A stretch of 49,298 bases of DNA from positions 1-49,298 of the forward strand of contig JBQEQV010000024.1 in NCBI GenBank assembly GCA_052043585.1. The letters run 5' to 3'. This stretch comes from Anaplasma sp. GTDB lineage: Bacteria > Pseudomonadota > Alphaproteobacteria > Rickettsiales > Anaplasmataceae. This document shows positions 1 through 9,547 of this stretch, piece by piece. The notes under the pieces were generated by a model, which saw nothing but the letters and a program-made list of their open reading frames with translations, was not told where the DNA came from and did not search any database. The position numbers were made by a program, and so were the translations under genes. Position 1 is the first letter of the stretch; each line of letters begins with the position of its first letter.

Positions 1-150
1 GATTACATTTGTAAGAGTCTACAGATTGATGATGGTGCAACCATCTCCAAAAACACAACGTGCGGCATGGTACCACAAGTCACCATACGACCTCAACGAT
101 ACTTCGCAGATTCCCTAAATAATCTTCATCCAACATCAAGGATATGGTAA
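1..150 (+). CDS. 3' end of an unidentified CDS running in from the left edge
   Basis: Frame 1 is open for 49 codons (DYICKSLQIDDG...HPTSRIW) up to TAA at 148-150. No family recognised. Confidence 0.4.
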   Translation, partial: DYICKSLQIDDGATISKNTTCGMVPQVTIRPQRYFADSLNNLHPTSRIW

Positions 151-224
151 GTAAAGCGGTGTAATGCTCCATGGTTGCCACGTATACGCCATCGTTCTTG
201 GAAAACTGCCAGAACCGGTGTACC

Positions 225-977
225 ATGGGCCCTGTTTTTGAACGGTCTCCTCCGGTGTCAGTTTGTACTATGGTTGTGGTGGCTGCTGGGGAAAGCAGAA
301 GGCTTGGCAGTGCAGGAGTAGTACCCAAGCAGTACATAAAGATAAATGGGCAAGAGGTATTGTGGCATGCAGTCACCAGTGCCCTGGCACCCTATGTACA
401 AAAGGTACTTGTTGTCATCAATAGCGGCCATAATGCCCTGTACAAGAACGCGATGCTTTCTGTGCCCTCGATTATCGCAGATCGGTTACTGCCCCCTGTA
501 TACGGTGGAAGCAGAAGGCAAGATTCCGTGCTCATGGGCCTAGAAAGTCTGGCCAGCATTCCACCGGACTTTGTGATTATTCACGATGCATGCCGTCCGC
601 TTGCCCAGCATATTCCCCAGGATAAAATCGAGCATGCACTCGCCCAGCATGCAGGAATAGTGCCCGCACTATCCCCGGTTGATACCTTACAGACCGTCGC
701 TGACGGGGTTGTGGCAGGTGTAGTCAATAGGGAGTCGGTAAGGATGATACAAACCCCCCAGGTCTATAAATACAAGGACGTGCTTGCGTGTCACAGAACA
801 GTACGCAACACAGATCCTGCAAAATACTTCACGGATGACTCATCAGTCGTACTAGAATGCGGTATGTCTGTTGCCGTAACCGAAGGGAATTACAACAATT
901 TCAAAATCACCACAGCCGAGGATATTTTGCGAGCACAGGCATGTTTGTCTGGCCCCTTCCCACAAGAGCAAGAGTAA
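225..977 (+). CDS. ispD: 2-C-methyl-D-erythritol 4-phosphate cytidylyltransferase
   Basis: Motifs AAGxSRR...PKQY, GGSRRQDSV, IHDACRP, QTPQ, TDD and NFKITT. Start uncertain (ATG at 171, 225 or 270). Confidence 0.95.
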   Translation: MGPVFERSPPVSVCTMVVVAAGESRRLGSAGVVPKQYIKINGQEVLWHAVTSALAPYVQKVLVVINSGHNALYKNAMLSVPSIIADRLLPPVYGGSRRQDSVLMGLESLASIPPDFVIIHDACRPLAQHIPQDKIEHALAQHAGIVPALSPVDTLQTVADGVVAGVVNRESVRMIQTPQVYKYKDVLACHRTVRNTDPAKYFTDDSSVVLECGMSVAVTEGNYNNFKITTAEDILRAQACLSGPFPQEQE

Positions 978-1085
978 ATGGAAAGTAGGAGCATGATCTC
1001 AACAACACCCGGGGAAGAGAATATTGCCAGCAGGTTCGCGCTGTCATACAATGGCGGCTCACTTGAAAGTGGGATGGAGTGTTAA
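978..1085 (+). other. 35-codon mini-ORF in frame with both ispD and ispF
   Basis: ATG at 978 directly follows the ispD TAA. The frame is open (MESRSMISTTPGEENIASRFALSYNGGSLESGMEC) to TAA at 1083-1085, immediately followed by the ispF GTG. Confidence 0.3.
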
Positions 1086-1586
1086 GTGCCTTTTAGAATC
1101 GGCTTGGGTTATGACGTACATAGATTCTCGGAAGAGCCCGTCCAAGACGGGTATATAGTTGTATGCGGGGTTAAAATAGCGCATCGAAAGAGAGTGATAG
1201 CCCACTCAGATGGGGACGTAGGGCTGCACGCGCTGGTGGATGCCATTTTGGGTTGCGTAGGCGAGGGCAGCATAGGACAGCACTTTCCGAACACAGATCC
1301 CGCTTGGGCAGGCGTTGCATCCACCCATTTTCTTGCGGAGGCACATAAAAAAGTCCGTGCGCGGGGATATGCAGTGGTAAACTGCGACATCAGCATAGTG
1401 TGTGAAGCCCCCAAAATTGTTCCACACGTCGCGGAGATGAAGAGCTGCATGTCACAAATACTGGGCATCGACTCGTCTGCAATAAACATCAAGGCCGTGA
1501 CCACGGAGAAGCTGGGGTTCATAGGGCGAGAGGAGGGCATCGCTGCGCATGCAGTTGCGTTATGTCAAAGAGTTACTCCGAATTAG
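1086..1586 (+). CDS. ispF: 2-C-methyl-D-erythritol 2,4-cyclodiphosphate synthase
   Basis: Motifs RIGLGYDVHRF, HSDGDV, IGQHFP and KAVTTEKLGFIGREEGIAA. Confidence 0.97.
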   Translation: MPFRIGLGYDVHRFSEEPVQDGYIVVCGVKIAHRKRVIAHSDGDVGLHALVDAILGCVGEGSIGQHFPNTDPAWAGVASTHFLAEAHKKVRARGYAVVNCDISIVCEAPKIVPHVAEMKSCMSQILGIDSSAINIKAVTTEKLGFIGREEGIAAHAVALCQRVTPN

Positions 1587-1598
1587 ACCAACATCAGT

Positions 1599-1626
1599 GC
1601 ATGCGACCTATCTGTAGGTGGCGTGC
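1599..1626 (+). other. Stem-loop downstream of ispF
   Basis: GCATGC-G-ACCTA-TCTG-TAGGT-G-GCGTGC. No U-tract, so possibly a 3' protective hairpin. Confidence 0.35.
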
Positions 1627-1706
1627 GGAGGCGGTAAATCTAGTATCGGAAACTCGTATTCGATGTTAAAATGCCCGCCGTGAAACACGGGGTGGGAGTA
1701 GTTACT

Positions 1707-2801
1707 ATGGGGCTAAACTGCGGAATAGTGGGATTACCAAATGTGGGGAAGTCCACCTTGTTCAATGCGCTCACAAGAACCTACGCCGCAGAGGTTGCGA
1801 ACTATCCCTTCTGCACGATTGAGCCCAACACAGGAATGACGGCGGTGCGCGACGCTCGGCTGAAGACCCTGGCATCCATAGCGGGTTCTCAGAAAACTAT
1901 ATTCGCCCAGGTAGAATTCGTTGATATCGCCGGACTGGTGAAAGGCGCGAGCGGTGGTGAGGGTTTGGGCAACAAATTCCTCGGTCACATAAGGGAAGTC
2001 GATGCCATAATGCACGTGCTGCGCTGTTTTGAGGACAGCAACATCAGTCATGTTCACAACACCGTTGATCCGATAAGCGATGCCGAAGTGGTCGAAATGG
2101 AGCTGATCATGGCAGACATTGAGAGTATCAAGTCTCGCCTGCCAAACTTAGAAAAAGCCGTCAGGTCTGGCAAGGAAGCGAAAAACAAGATCACGATGCT
2201 GGAAAGCATTCTGGCAGTCCTTGAGGGTGGCAAACCCGCCAGAGCTGTGGTCGGTGATATTGACCCCGGCGAATTGAAGCAGTTGCAACTGCTTTCAAGC
2301 AAACCGGTAATGTATGTTTGCAATGTTGAGGAGTCACATGCAGTGGAGGGCAATGCCTTATCGGCCGCAGTGGGTAAAATCGTTTCAGAACAAGGGGGAA
2401 AGTTCTGCCATTTATCTGCAAAACTCGAGGCAGACATCCTGAGCATAGATGACGAGGAGGAACGGGAAGCCTTTCTAGCAGAAGTTGGTCTAACAGAATC
2501 TGGCATAGATGTGGCAGTGAAGAATATTTATGGCCTGCTAGATTTGATCACTTTCTTCACTGTTGGGCCAAAGGAAGCGCGTGCATGGCCCATTAGGAAT
2601 CTAACAAAGGCTGATAAGGCAGCCGGAGTGATACACACTGACTTCGAAAAGGGATTTATTAAGGCCGAGACCATAAGCTTTGCGGACTATGTGCAGTATG
2701 GAGGGGAGTCCGGGTGCAAGGAAGCCGGGAAGACCAGATTTGAGGGCAGAGACTACATAGTACAAGACGGAGATATTATACACTTTAGGGTCAACAAATA
2801 A
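1707..2801 (+). CDS. ychF: Obg-family ribosome-binding ATPase YchF
   Basis: Motifs GIVGLPNVGKST, NYPFCTIEPN, DIAGLVKG and a C-terminal TGS domain. ATG 1707 has GGGAG upstream and a TGnTAAAAT extended -10 at 1664-1672. Confidence 0.97.
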   Translation: MGLNCGIVGLPNVGKSTLFNALTRTYAAEVANYPFCTIEPNTGMTAVRDARLKTLASIAGSQKTIFAQVEFVDIAGLVKGASGGEGLGNKFLGHIREVDAIMHVLRCFEDSNISHVHNTVDPISDAEVVEMELIMADIESIKSRLPNLEKAVRSGKEAKNKITMLESILAVLEGGKPARAVVGDIDPGELKQLQLLSSKPVMYVCNVEESHAVEGNALSAAVGKIVSEQGGKFCHLSAKLEADILSIDDEEEREAFLAEVGLTESGIDVAVKNIYGLLDLITFFTVGPKEARAWPIRNLTKADKAAGVIHTDFEKGFIKAETISFADYVQYGGESGCKEAGKTRFEGRDYIVQDGDIIHFRVNK

Positions 2802-2923
2802 CCCTACCTACTTGGTAGCCAGCTTAGCCACTCTATCAACTTTCTGTCTGGTACGTATGCCATACCCACCCTATTTGCAGGTCCCTCATCAGCACCGCAG
2901 CAGCTGGGCCTGGGCCACCACGC

Positions 2924-4345
2924 TTACAAATCGGTACCACCAACCGTTATTGCGTCTATCTTCAAAGTCGGCTGACCCACGCACACGGGCACGCTTTGCC
3001 CATTTTTAGAGCATGTGCCTGTTCCGGCATCCAGTGACAGGTCATTACCAACCATGGAAACTTTCTTGAGAATGTCTGGCCCGCTGCCTATGAGCGTTGC
3101 CCCCTTGAGCGGGCGCCCCATTTTCCCATCTTCAATCATGTAACTTTCGGACGCAGAAAACACAAACTGGCCCGAGGTGATATCAACCTGTCCACCACCG
3201 AAATCAGCCGCATATATCCCCCGCTTCACGCTTGATACTATCTCGCTAGGGGCATAATTTCCTGGCAGCATGTAGGTGTTAGTCATACGCGGCATTACAA
3301 CACTTTTGTAACTCTCGCGTCTGCCGTTACCCGTAGAAGCCAAATTCATAAGCTTGGAATTCATGTTATCGTGCATGTACGACACAAGAATACCGTCCTC
3401 GATCAGAACATTGTACTTCGAGGCTGTCCCTTCGTCGTCAACATTCAATGAGCCTCTACGACCCTCCATAGCACCATTATCAACCACGGTAATGCCCTCG
3501 GCCGCAACTCTAGTGCCAATGGCATCAGAAAAGGCAGAAATTTTTTTGCGATTGAAATCGCTCTCCAGACCGTGGCCAACAGCTTCGTGCAACAGCACTC
3601 CGGGAAAGCCCGGCCCCAGAACCACAGTCAGTTCTCCGGCAGGTGCGGCAACAGCCTCTATGTTAACCATAGCCTGCCGCAGCGCTTCATCGGCGACTTT
3701 TTTCCACTGGGCAGCGCCAATAAACTCGGAGCATAACGCCCTACCACCGTGTCCTGCCCTACCGTACTCTTTTCGACCGCCTTTTTCTACGAGCACATAT
3801 ACATCCAATCTAACCAGGGGTCGCACATCGCTTACTTCGCTGCCATCGCCGCGTACAATATGCACTACCTGCCATTGAGTGCTGATTGAAACTTTGACTT
3901 GAACAACATGCGGATTAGCGCCGCGTAGATATTCATCGATGTCCTGCAGGATTTTCACTTTCTCCACAAACGCCATTTCACCGACAGGGTTCTCTCGGGG
4001 GTACAATGACGCACCGGGTGGGCATAGGTCCACCACATTGGTCGCGCGTCCATCTCCTGCATTTTTAACTAGGGACGCAGCCTTTCGTATTTCATCATCA
4101 CTAATCTCTGAGGAGCACGCAATCGTGGTACTATCTTCGCGAAAGGCCCTGAGACCAAAGCCGCTACGGAAGCTAAAATCCGAACTTTTTACTATACCAT
4201 TTTCTATACTCAAAGCTTCCGAGTTGCAGAATTCCAAAAACAGCTCGCCCCCATCCGCGTGCTGCAGAGTGTCTCGTACCAAGGGACCCAGTTTTTCCTT
4301 GTCCACTCTGGCAAAAAACACCTTCTCCACATCGAAAACTTCCAT
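2924..4345 (-). CDS. tldD: Metalloprotease TldD
   Basis: Motifs GVLLHEAVGHGLE, DDEGT, PRMTNTYM, FGGGQVD and CSKNGQSVPV..GQPTL. Confidence 0.95.
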   Translation of the reverse strand: MEVFDVEKVFFARVDKEKLGPLVRDTLQHADGGELFLEFCNSEALSIENGIVKSSDFSFRSGFGLRAFREDSTTIACSSEISDDEIRKAASLVKNAGDGRATNVVDLCPPGASLYPRENPVGEMAFVEKVKILQDIDEYLRGANPHVVQVKVSISTQWQVVHIVRGDGSEVSDVRPLVRLDVYVLVEKGGRKEYGRAGHGGRALCSEFIGAAQWKKVADEALRQAMVNIEAVAAPAGELTVVLGPGFPGVLLHEAVGHGLESDFNRKKISAFSDAIGTRVAAEGITVVDNGAMEGRRGSLNVDDEGTASKYNVLIEDGILVSYMHDNMNSKLMNLASTGNGRRESYKSVVMPRMTNTYMLPGNYAPSEIVSSVKRGIYAADFGGGQVDITSGQFVFSASESYMIEDGKMGRPLKGATLIGSGPDILKKVSMVGNDLSLDAGTGTCSKNGQSVPVCVGQPTLKIDAITVGGTDL

Positions 4346-4457
4346 TACGATTCTTTTGTCTGTATAAACTGTATCAATATACTTGGTGGCCTTGAATAAT
4401 CAACTGAATTCAGGGTCTGCTTGCCCCTTGGGGCGGGCAGTTTGCGGTTGTGTCGAA

Positions 4458-4541
4458 GTCCGAATGGCGGAATTGGTAGACGCGCTAGCTTCAGGTGCTA
4501 GTGACCTCGCGGTCGTGGAAGTTCGAGTCTTCTTTCGGGCA
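4458..4541 (+). tRNA. tRNA-Leu(CAG)
   Basis: Acceptor stem GTCCGAA/TTCGGGC, D-loop TGGTAGAC, anticodon arm CTAGC-TTCAGGT-GCTAG, long variable arm, T-loop GTTCGAGT. CCA not encoded. Confidence 0.96.
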
Positions 4542-4719
4542 CGCCCTTTAGCCGAAAAGACCAAAGTTTGGTTGCGTTTTTTATGCTGATTGGTAGCTGC
4601 AAAGGCTTGGTGGAAGGGGCAAGCCCGTCAAATATTAAAAAGTTTAAGTTTACACGCAGCACAAAGTACTGTAACATCCGACCCAGTGACTTTGCGGGGA
4701 TCTCGCCCGGTCAGACACG

Positions 4720-7620
4720 TTGCACCAACTCAACTCAGCGCATATGCACGACAACATGACCGGTGGCCCATCAGGAGCATTTCTTCGGAAACCTGGTACC
4801 ACATCGGAATCCCCACACAAGGGTAATGCTTTGTCTTCACCGACCCAAGAACCCGCCTCTGATGAGGAAAAAATCCTCTCCGACAAGAGACAGAAAAAGG
4901 TGCAAAAAGGGCTGCAAGCCGTAAATAGCGTACCAATAGTATCAGACCTGCTGAAATTTCTAGAGCTGCCAAGTTCCCGGGGACTTGGAATCCCAGATGA
5001 ACATAGAGCACGCAATATCCTGGCCAATGTGCCTGTTCCCGGATCAGAGAACTCCTGCACAATCAAAGTTGGGAACGCAATCTTGGACGGGTCCAAGATC
5101 TGGGGAACTATAAGTTTTACCACCATTATAGCACCGGGAGAGACTCAGGAATTCTTTATTAAGCACGCCACACGCGCACTGTGCAATTTCTGTAACATGT
5201 ACCTTGCCCCGGTATTTCTGTCACATAGATTGGACTGCGTGGATGGTGAGCAAGCCTTCTTCGACAACTGCGGGGAATTGTTGAAAGTTTCTTGGCAACT
5301 CTACATGGAAGGAGGTAGGCATGTGTTACAGCGTGGACGAGCATCCTTCGTCCAATATCAAAAAATAACACAGGATAAGGAGTATAGATTCTTCTCCATG
5401 CCCGGACACCCAATTGCATACAGCCTATCTGAGCATCAGGAGCTACCAGTACATGAGCTGCGCGCCACTGCGATGATCCACGAGGATCTTCTTCTGCCAG
5501 AACGATGCATCAAATTTGCACAAAAAAACGCGCACATCTTGCGTACCATGTTGCAAGTAGAACAGGCGCTACATACGTACCGCTATTTGCTGACACTCAG
5601 TGCCGATGCAGCTAGGCTTGGCTGCGTTCAGCCCCGTGAGGATCTCTCATGGGGAAAAGCCTCGCACTATCGCCTGGGTGTTGCATGTGTAATCGCCACT
5701 GAGAGGCACATGTCTGAATCTGACAAGCCACATAAGAATAGTAAGAGTAGGCGCGCGGCTAAAGCATGTATTTCCGTGTGTGACGGCTATATGCATAATC
5801 CAAGCAACTACGCTTTTTTCGTAACAGCAGAGGGGATACGCGTTAGCGACATAGCACTCCACGTGGTACGCGAAGATCTAGAGTGTTTTCGCAACGTCCC
5901 CGCGATATTTCCCTATCGTCTGATGGTTACGATGAACTTCCGCGCTAACGCGCGTCTCATGTCACGTCTCCGTACACTGGGTATCCTAGGCCTATCAGGA
6001 GGAGTACTAAACAACAGCGACCTTGGCTCTGCCTTTGTGGTATTGAAGAATGAGGACGCCCCCAAGTACTCCTTATCGGTGCTTGCAAAGTACATATATC
6101 TCGCGTCTTTGTTGCTGTGGCCGTGTGACAAGAAGTTTGCCGCATTTCCCGGAGCGATGTTTTCTGTAAAACATGAACCAGGAGTGCTGCAAAACCAGGA
6201 TCGGTGGCGGGGAATCCTACTAGGACACATACCTCTGCACAAACGGTGCACCGACATATCTTTGCAGGTTATCAAGGAAGACCTGCACTTCGTGTTCGAC
6301 TGTGTTGAAAGTTCATCAGTATTTAAGTCTACCGTAAAAAGTTTTTTCCCATCTGCACAGACAGCTGCATTGCTGCACAACTCTGTAGTGTGTGCTATAG
6401 TAGTTGCTGAACGTATTGAGCTGGGCACGTTACATAATTTGAGCGGTACTCCGGATGGAACAACACGCTGTGAAGCAGAGCGCGTGTATGCGCGTCCAGA
6501 GCGGACTTCCGTCTCTCAGAATGGGACAAGTGTCCTCTCCCAAAATGGCACAACACAGCTTACGTTGCAATTGTTGGAAGTACCTACACAAACCGACGTG
6601 CATAGTGTGCCGCACCAGCTCTGCGCCACAAGCACTGATTCGGGCCTGGAGTCATGCGCTGACACTGCACGAGACTCTGCGGTATGGTCCGGGGTAGGCA
6701 TGAGGTGCGATTCTACTTTAGCATCATCAAGATTCTCCACAGCAGAGGTGAGAACTGTTATGTCCGACAACGAACGCGCCCAACAAACTACCCTGCCACA
6801 AGCCGGGAGTAGCATGCCAACGAATACCCAGGGTACCCAAGCCCCGCCGATACACGTACCGGTCGAACAAGAGCTCTACAAAATGTTCTGCGATACCTAT
6901 GGCAAGGAGCAGGTAGAGCATGATTTTGGCTATGATCACGAGACAAGTGATGGGGGTACCGTCGCTGCAGATTGTCCCGACGGCATTCCGAATTCACCCT
7001 GTGCGAAAGTGAGTAGCCTGTCTGACACAGTTGCAATAGGGGAAGCGGGTCCGTCACGCGCACGAACGATGCCTGTTCAACCTGATGTGTCAGATGATTC
7101 AGACTGTGGGGTTATGAACCCTTTCGAAACTTTGGAGCGCAGAGAGCAGATGTCGCGTTCGCTTTTAGGTGATAGCGACTCGCGTAACAAAAATACGAAA
7201 ATTGTCAAACTGCTGAACCGCACTACAGGTGCATCGGGTACCAAAGCTGCACAACAGAAAAAAGGTGCGGGCGTGTTGTCGCCTGCACGGAACAGAGGAT
7301 TGTCACATGCCAGTTATAAACATAGGGAACGTTTCGCATCTATATCCTTTGGGATATGGATTGCTTCAACGTTGGCAGTCGCGGTAGCAACGGCGCTGTA
7401 CTTAGGGATGTTCAGAAACCTCTGCGAGGCAGCATATTTGGCACAGTGCGATATGGGCGTTGGAGTCGGACTCTCATGTACCGTAGTATTTTTCGGCCTA
7501 CTTGCTGCAGCCGCACAATGTTACTCATCGCAATCCCCACAGGACAAGTGTAATCTACCGGCGTCGTCGGTGTCTGTTGTGCCTGCAATTGCCGAAGAGC
7601 GGGCATTGCATATGGATTAG
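4720..7620 (+). CDS. Large lineage-specific hypothetical protein with two C-terminal transmembrane helices
   Basis: 966-codon ORF with no recognisable domain, an S/T-rich low-complexity region and two hydrophobic segments near the C-terminus. Start may be ATG 4744 or 4756. Confidence 0.85.
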   Translation: MHQLNSAHMHDNMTGGPSGAFLRKPGTTSESPHKGNALSSPTQEPASDEEKILSDKRQKKVQKGLQAVNSVPIVSDLLKFLELPSSRGLGIPDEHRARNILANVPVPGSENSCTIKVGNAILDGSKIWGTISFTTIIAPGETQEFFIKHATRALCNFCNMYLAPVFLSHRLDCVDGEQAFFDNCGELLKVSWQLYMEGGRHVLQRGRASFVQYQKITQDKEYRFFSMPGHPIAYSLSEHQELPVHELRATAMIHEDLLLPERCIKFAQKNAHILRTMLQVEQALHTYRYLLTLSADAARLGCVQPREDLSWGKASHYRLGVACVIATERHMSESDKPHKNSKSRRAAKACISVCDGYMHNPSNYAFFVTAEGIRVSDIALHVVREDLECFRNVPAIFPYRLMVTMNFRANARLMSRLRTLGILGLSGGVLNNSDLGSAFVVLKNEDAPKYSLSVLAKYIYLASLLLWPCDKKFAAFPGAMFSVKHEPGVLQNQDRWRGILLGHIPLHKRCTDISLQVIKEDLHFVFDCVESSSVFKSTVKSFFPSAQTAALLHNSVVCAIVVAERIELGTLHNLSGTPDGTTRCEAERVYARPERTSVSQNGTSVLSQNGTTQLTLQLLEVPTQTDVHSVPHQLCATSTDSGLESCADTARDSAVWSGVGMRCDSTLASSRFSTAEVRTVMSDNERAQQTTLPQAGSSMPTNTQGTQAPPIHVPVEQELYKMFCDTYGKEQVEHDFGYDHETSDGGTVAADCPDGIPNSPCAKVSSLSDTVAIGEAGPSRARTMPVQPDVSDDSDCGVMNPFETLERREQMSRSLLGDSDSRNKNTKIVKLLNRTTGASGTKAAQQKKGAGVLSPARNRGLSHASYKHRERFASISFGIWIASTLAVAVATALYLGMFRNLCEAAYLAQCDMGVGVGLSCTVVFFGLLAAAAQCYSSQSPQDKCNLPASSVSVVPAIAEERALHMD

Positions 7621-7720
7621 AGCCCCATCTACAAGCTGGGGGGCGTTGATGTGAATCTGTTTGCACTACTTTCCCTTTCCGCATAAGATGGGCGGCAGGG
7701 CTTTTAACTTCGGTGGGCTT

Positions 7721-8716
7721 ATGGCACTTATAACCGTTAGAGAGGCGTTGCGCAGAGCAATAGATGAGGAGATGGAGCGTGATGACTCGGTGTTCCTCAT
7801 TGGCGAAGAAGTAGGAGAGTATCAAGGCGCATACAAGATCAGCCAGGGATTGCTGGAAAAATTCGGCCCCAATCGGGTTGTGGATACGCCAATCAGCGAG
7901 TATGGGTTTACCGGCATAGCGGTTGGGGCGTCTTTTTGCAAGCTCAGGCCGATAGTGGAGTTCATGAGCTTTAATTTCTCAATGCAGGCCATAGACCATG
8001 TAGTGAATTCAGCAGCAAAAACTAATTACATGTCTGGAGGGCAGTTGGGATGCCCCATAGTATTCCGTGGCCCAAATGGGGCAGCAGCCGGAGTTGCGGC
8101 TCAACACTCTCAGTGCTACGCGTCTTGGTACGCGCACGTGCCAGGGCTTAAGGTCGTGGCTCCGTACTTCGCTGCGGACTGTAAGGGATTGTTGAAGTCC
8201 GCAGTGCGGGATTCTAACCCTGTGATATTTCTGGAAAATGAGATTGCCTATGGGCACCAGCATGAGGTTTCTGACGAGGAGTTAGGCGCCGACTTTTTGG
8301 TCGAAATAGGCAAGGCGTCTGTGGTGCGTGAAGGGTCGGACGTTACCATCTTGGCGTTTTCTTTACAGGTTCAACATGCATTGGAAGCCGCTAACGCGTT
8401 GGATGCCGACGGCATTGATGCAGAGGTTATAGATCTGCGGACCATACGCCCCCTAGACACAGAGACCATCCTGAAATCTGTTGCGAAGACAAACCGACTT
8501 GTGACTGTGGAGGAAGGATGGCCGTTCGCCGGAGTCGGGGCTGAGGTTATTGCGCTCATAAACGAGTTCGCATTTGACGATCTGGACGCGCCTGTGGTTC
8601 GCGTAGCCGGAAAGGACGTGCCATTGCCGTACGCGGCTAACATTGAGGCTATGGCTTTGCCCTGTATTGCCGATATAGTTTCGGCCGCGCGCACGGTATG
8701 TAACCGGAAGTTGTAG
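7721..8716 (+). CDS. pdhB: Pyruvate dehydrogenase E1 beta subunit
   Basis: Motifs [29 protein letters not shown] and [12 protein letters not shown] 7721 matches the family N-terminus. Confidence 0.97.
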   Translation: MALITVREALRRAIDEEMERDDSVFLIGEEVGEYQGAYKISQGLLEKFGPNRVVDTPISEYGFTGIAVGASFCKLRPIVEFMSFNFSMQAIDHVVNSAAKTNYMSGGQLGCPIVFRGPNGAAAGVAAQHSQCYASWYAHVPGLKVVAPYFAADCKGLLKSAVRDSNPVIFLENEIAYGHQHEVSDEELGADFLVEIGKASVVREGSDVTILAFSLQVQHALEAANALDADGIDAEVIDLRTIRPLDTETILKSVAKTNRLVTVEEGWPFAGVGAEVIALINEFAFDDLDAPVVRVAGKDVPLPYAANIEAMALPCIADIVSAARTVCNRKL

Positions 8717-8860
8717 GTCCCGGTTCCGCAAGTGCGCTGAGAGGCAATTTGTGACCCGAGTGTCACGATGGCTGACCTGTTGATATAAGCTGGACTATGT
8801 GGGTTCATGCGCTACAGTTTTTAACGCGTTGCAGTTCATGTTGTTCTGTACAGAGAAAGG

Positions 8861-8889
8861 TTGTACCAGTCGGGGTTACGCGCTACAAT
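8861..8889 (+). promoter_or_regulatory. Sigma70-like promoter of hemJ
   Basis: TTGTAC-N17-TACAAT, 23 nt upstream of the start codon. Confidence 0.5.
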
Positions 8890-8912
8890 GCCGGCGCGGG
8901 TGATTCTGGAAC

Positions 8913-9368
8913 TTGGCTGTGCTCTCATGGGCTCACGAATACCATAACTGGCTAGAGGCATTTCATATCACTGTGGTGATGATGTGGATGGCGGGTATGC
9001 TGTACTTGCCCCGGTTGTACGTGTACCACGCAGGAGTTAAACACGGCTCCGAGAGCGGAACGATGTTGACCACGATGGAACGCAGGTTGCTGTTGTACAT
9101 TATGAACCCTGCGATGCTAGCCTCGCTTGCTAGCGGAACTTTGTTGGCGCTCTCGAGGAATCATTACACGTTTCTCTGGTTCCATATCAAGGCAACCCTT
9201 GTTGTGGTGCTGCTGGCAATACACGCGCTTCTGGCAAAGCATGGCGTGGATTTTAGCAAAAACAAATGTGCGCGTTCTTCTCTCTACTTCCGAATACTGA
9301 ACGAGACGGTAACCGCGCTGATAGCCGCTATAGTTATCTTAGCAACAGTGAAACCATTCCGCGATTAG
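8913..9368 (+). CDS. hemJ: Protoporphyrinogen IX oxidase HemJ
   Basis: Motifs WMAGMLYLPRLYVYH, MERRL..IMNPAM, WFHIK, FRILNE and VKPF. Four hydrophobic helices. Confidence 0.93.
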   Translation: MAVLSWAHEYHNWLEAFHITVVMMWMAGMLYLPRLYVYHAGVKHGSESGTMLTTMERRLLLYIMNPAMLASLASGTLLALSRNHYTFLWFHIKATLVVVLLAIHALLAKHGVDFSKNKCARSSLYFRILNETVTALIAAIVILATVKPFRD

Positions 9369-9484
9369 TCGCATATAGTCGTACCTGTGCCGCAGGTAAG
9401 GTGGTTCTGGAAACGGGCTATTCTCAGAGCGTCGCCCCTCTAAAACAGAAGCTCATCTACAAAAAATGGCGAGGACAAAACTGT

Positions 9485-9514
9485 TTGACTTTCCTGAGCT
9501 ATGCAGCTTAGAAT
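9485..9514 (+). promoter_or_regulatory. Sigma70-like promoter of the redoxin gene cluster
   Basis: TTGACT-N18-TAGAAT. Confidence 0.5.
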
Positions 9515-9547
9515 CGGCCCGTGTGCTCTTTGATTATGAGGTGCCAG

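Noticed and set aside
4458..7620. Genomic island integrated at tRNA-Leu(CAG)
   Set aside because: No integrase and no duplicated tRNA 3' end seen after the orphan gene.
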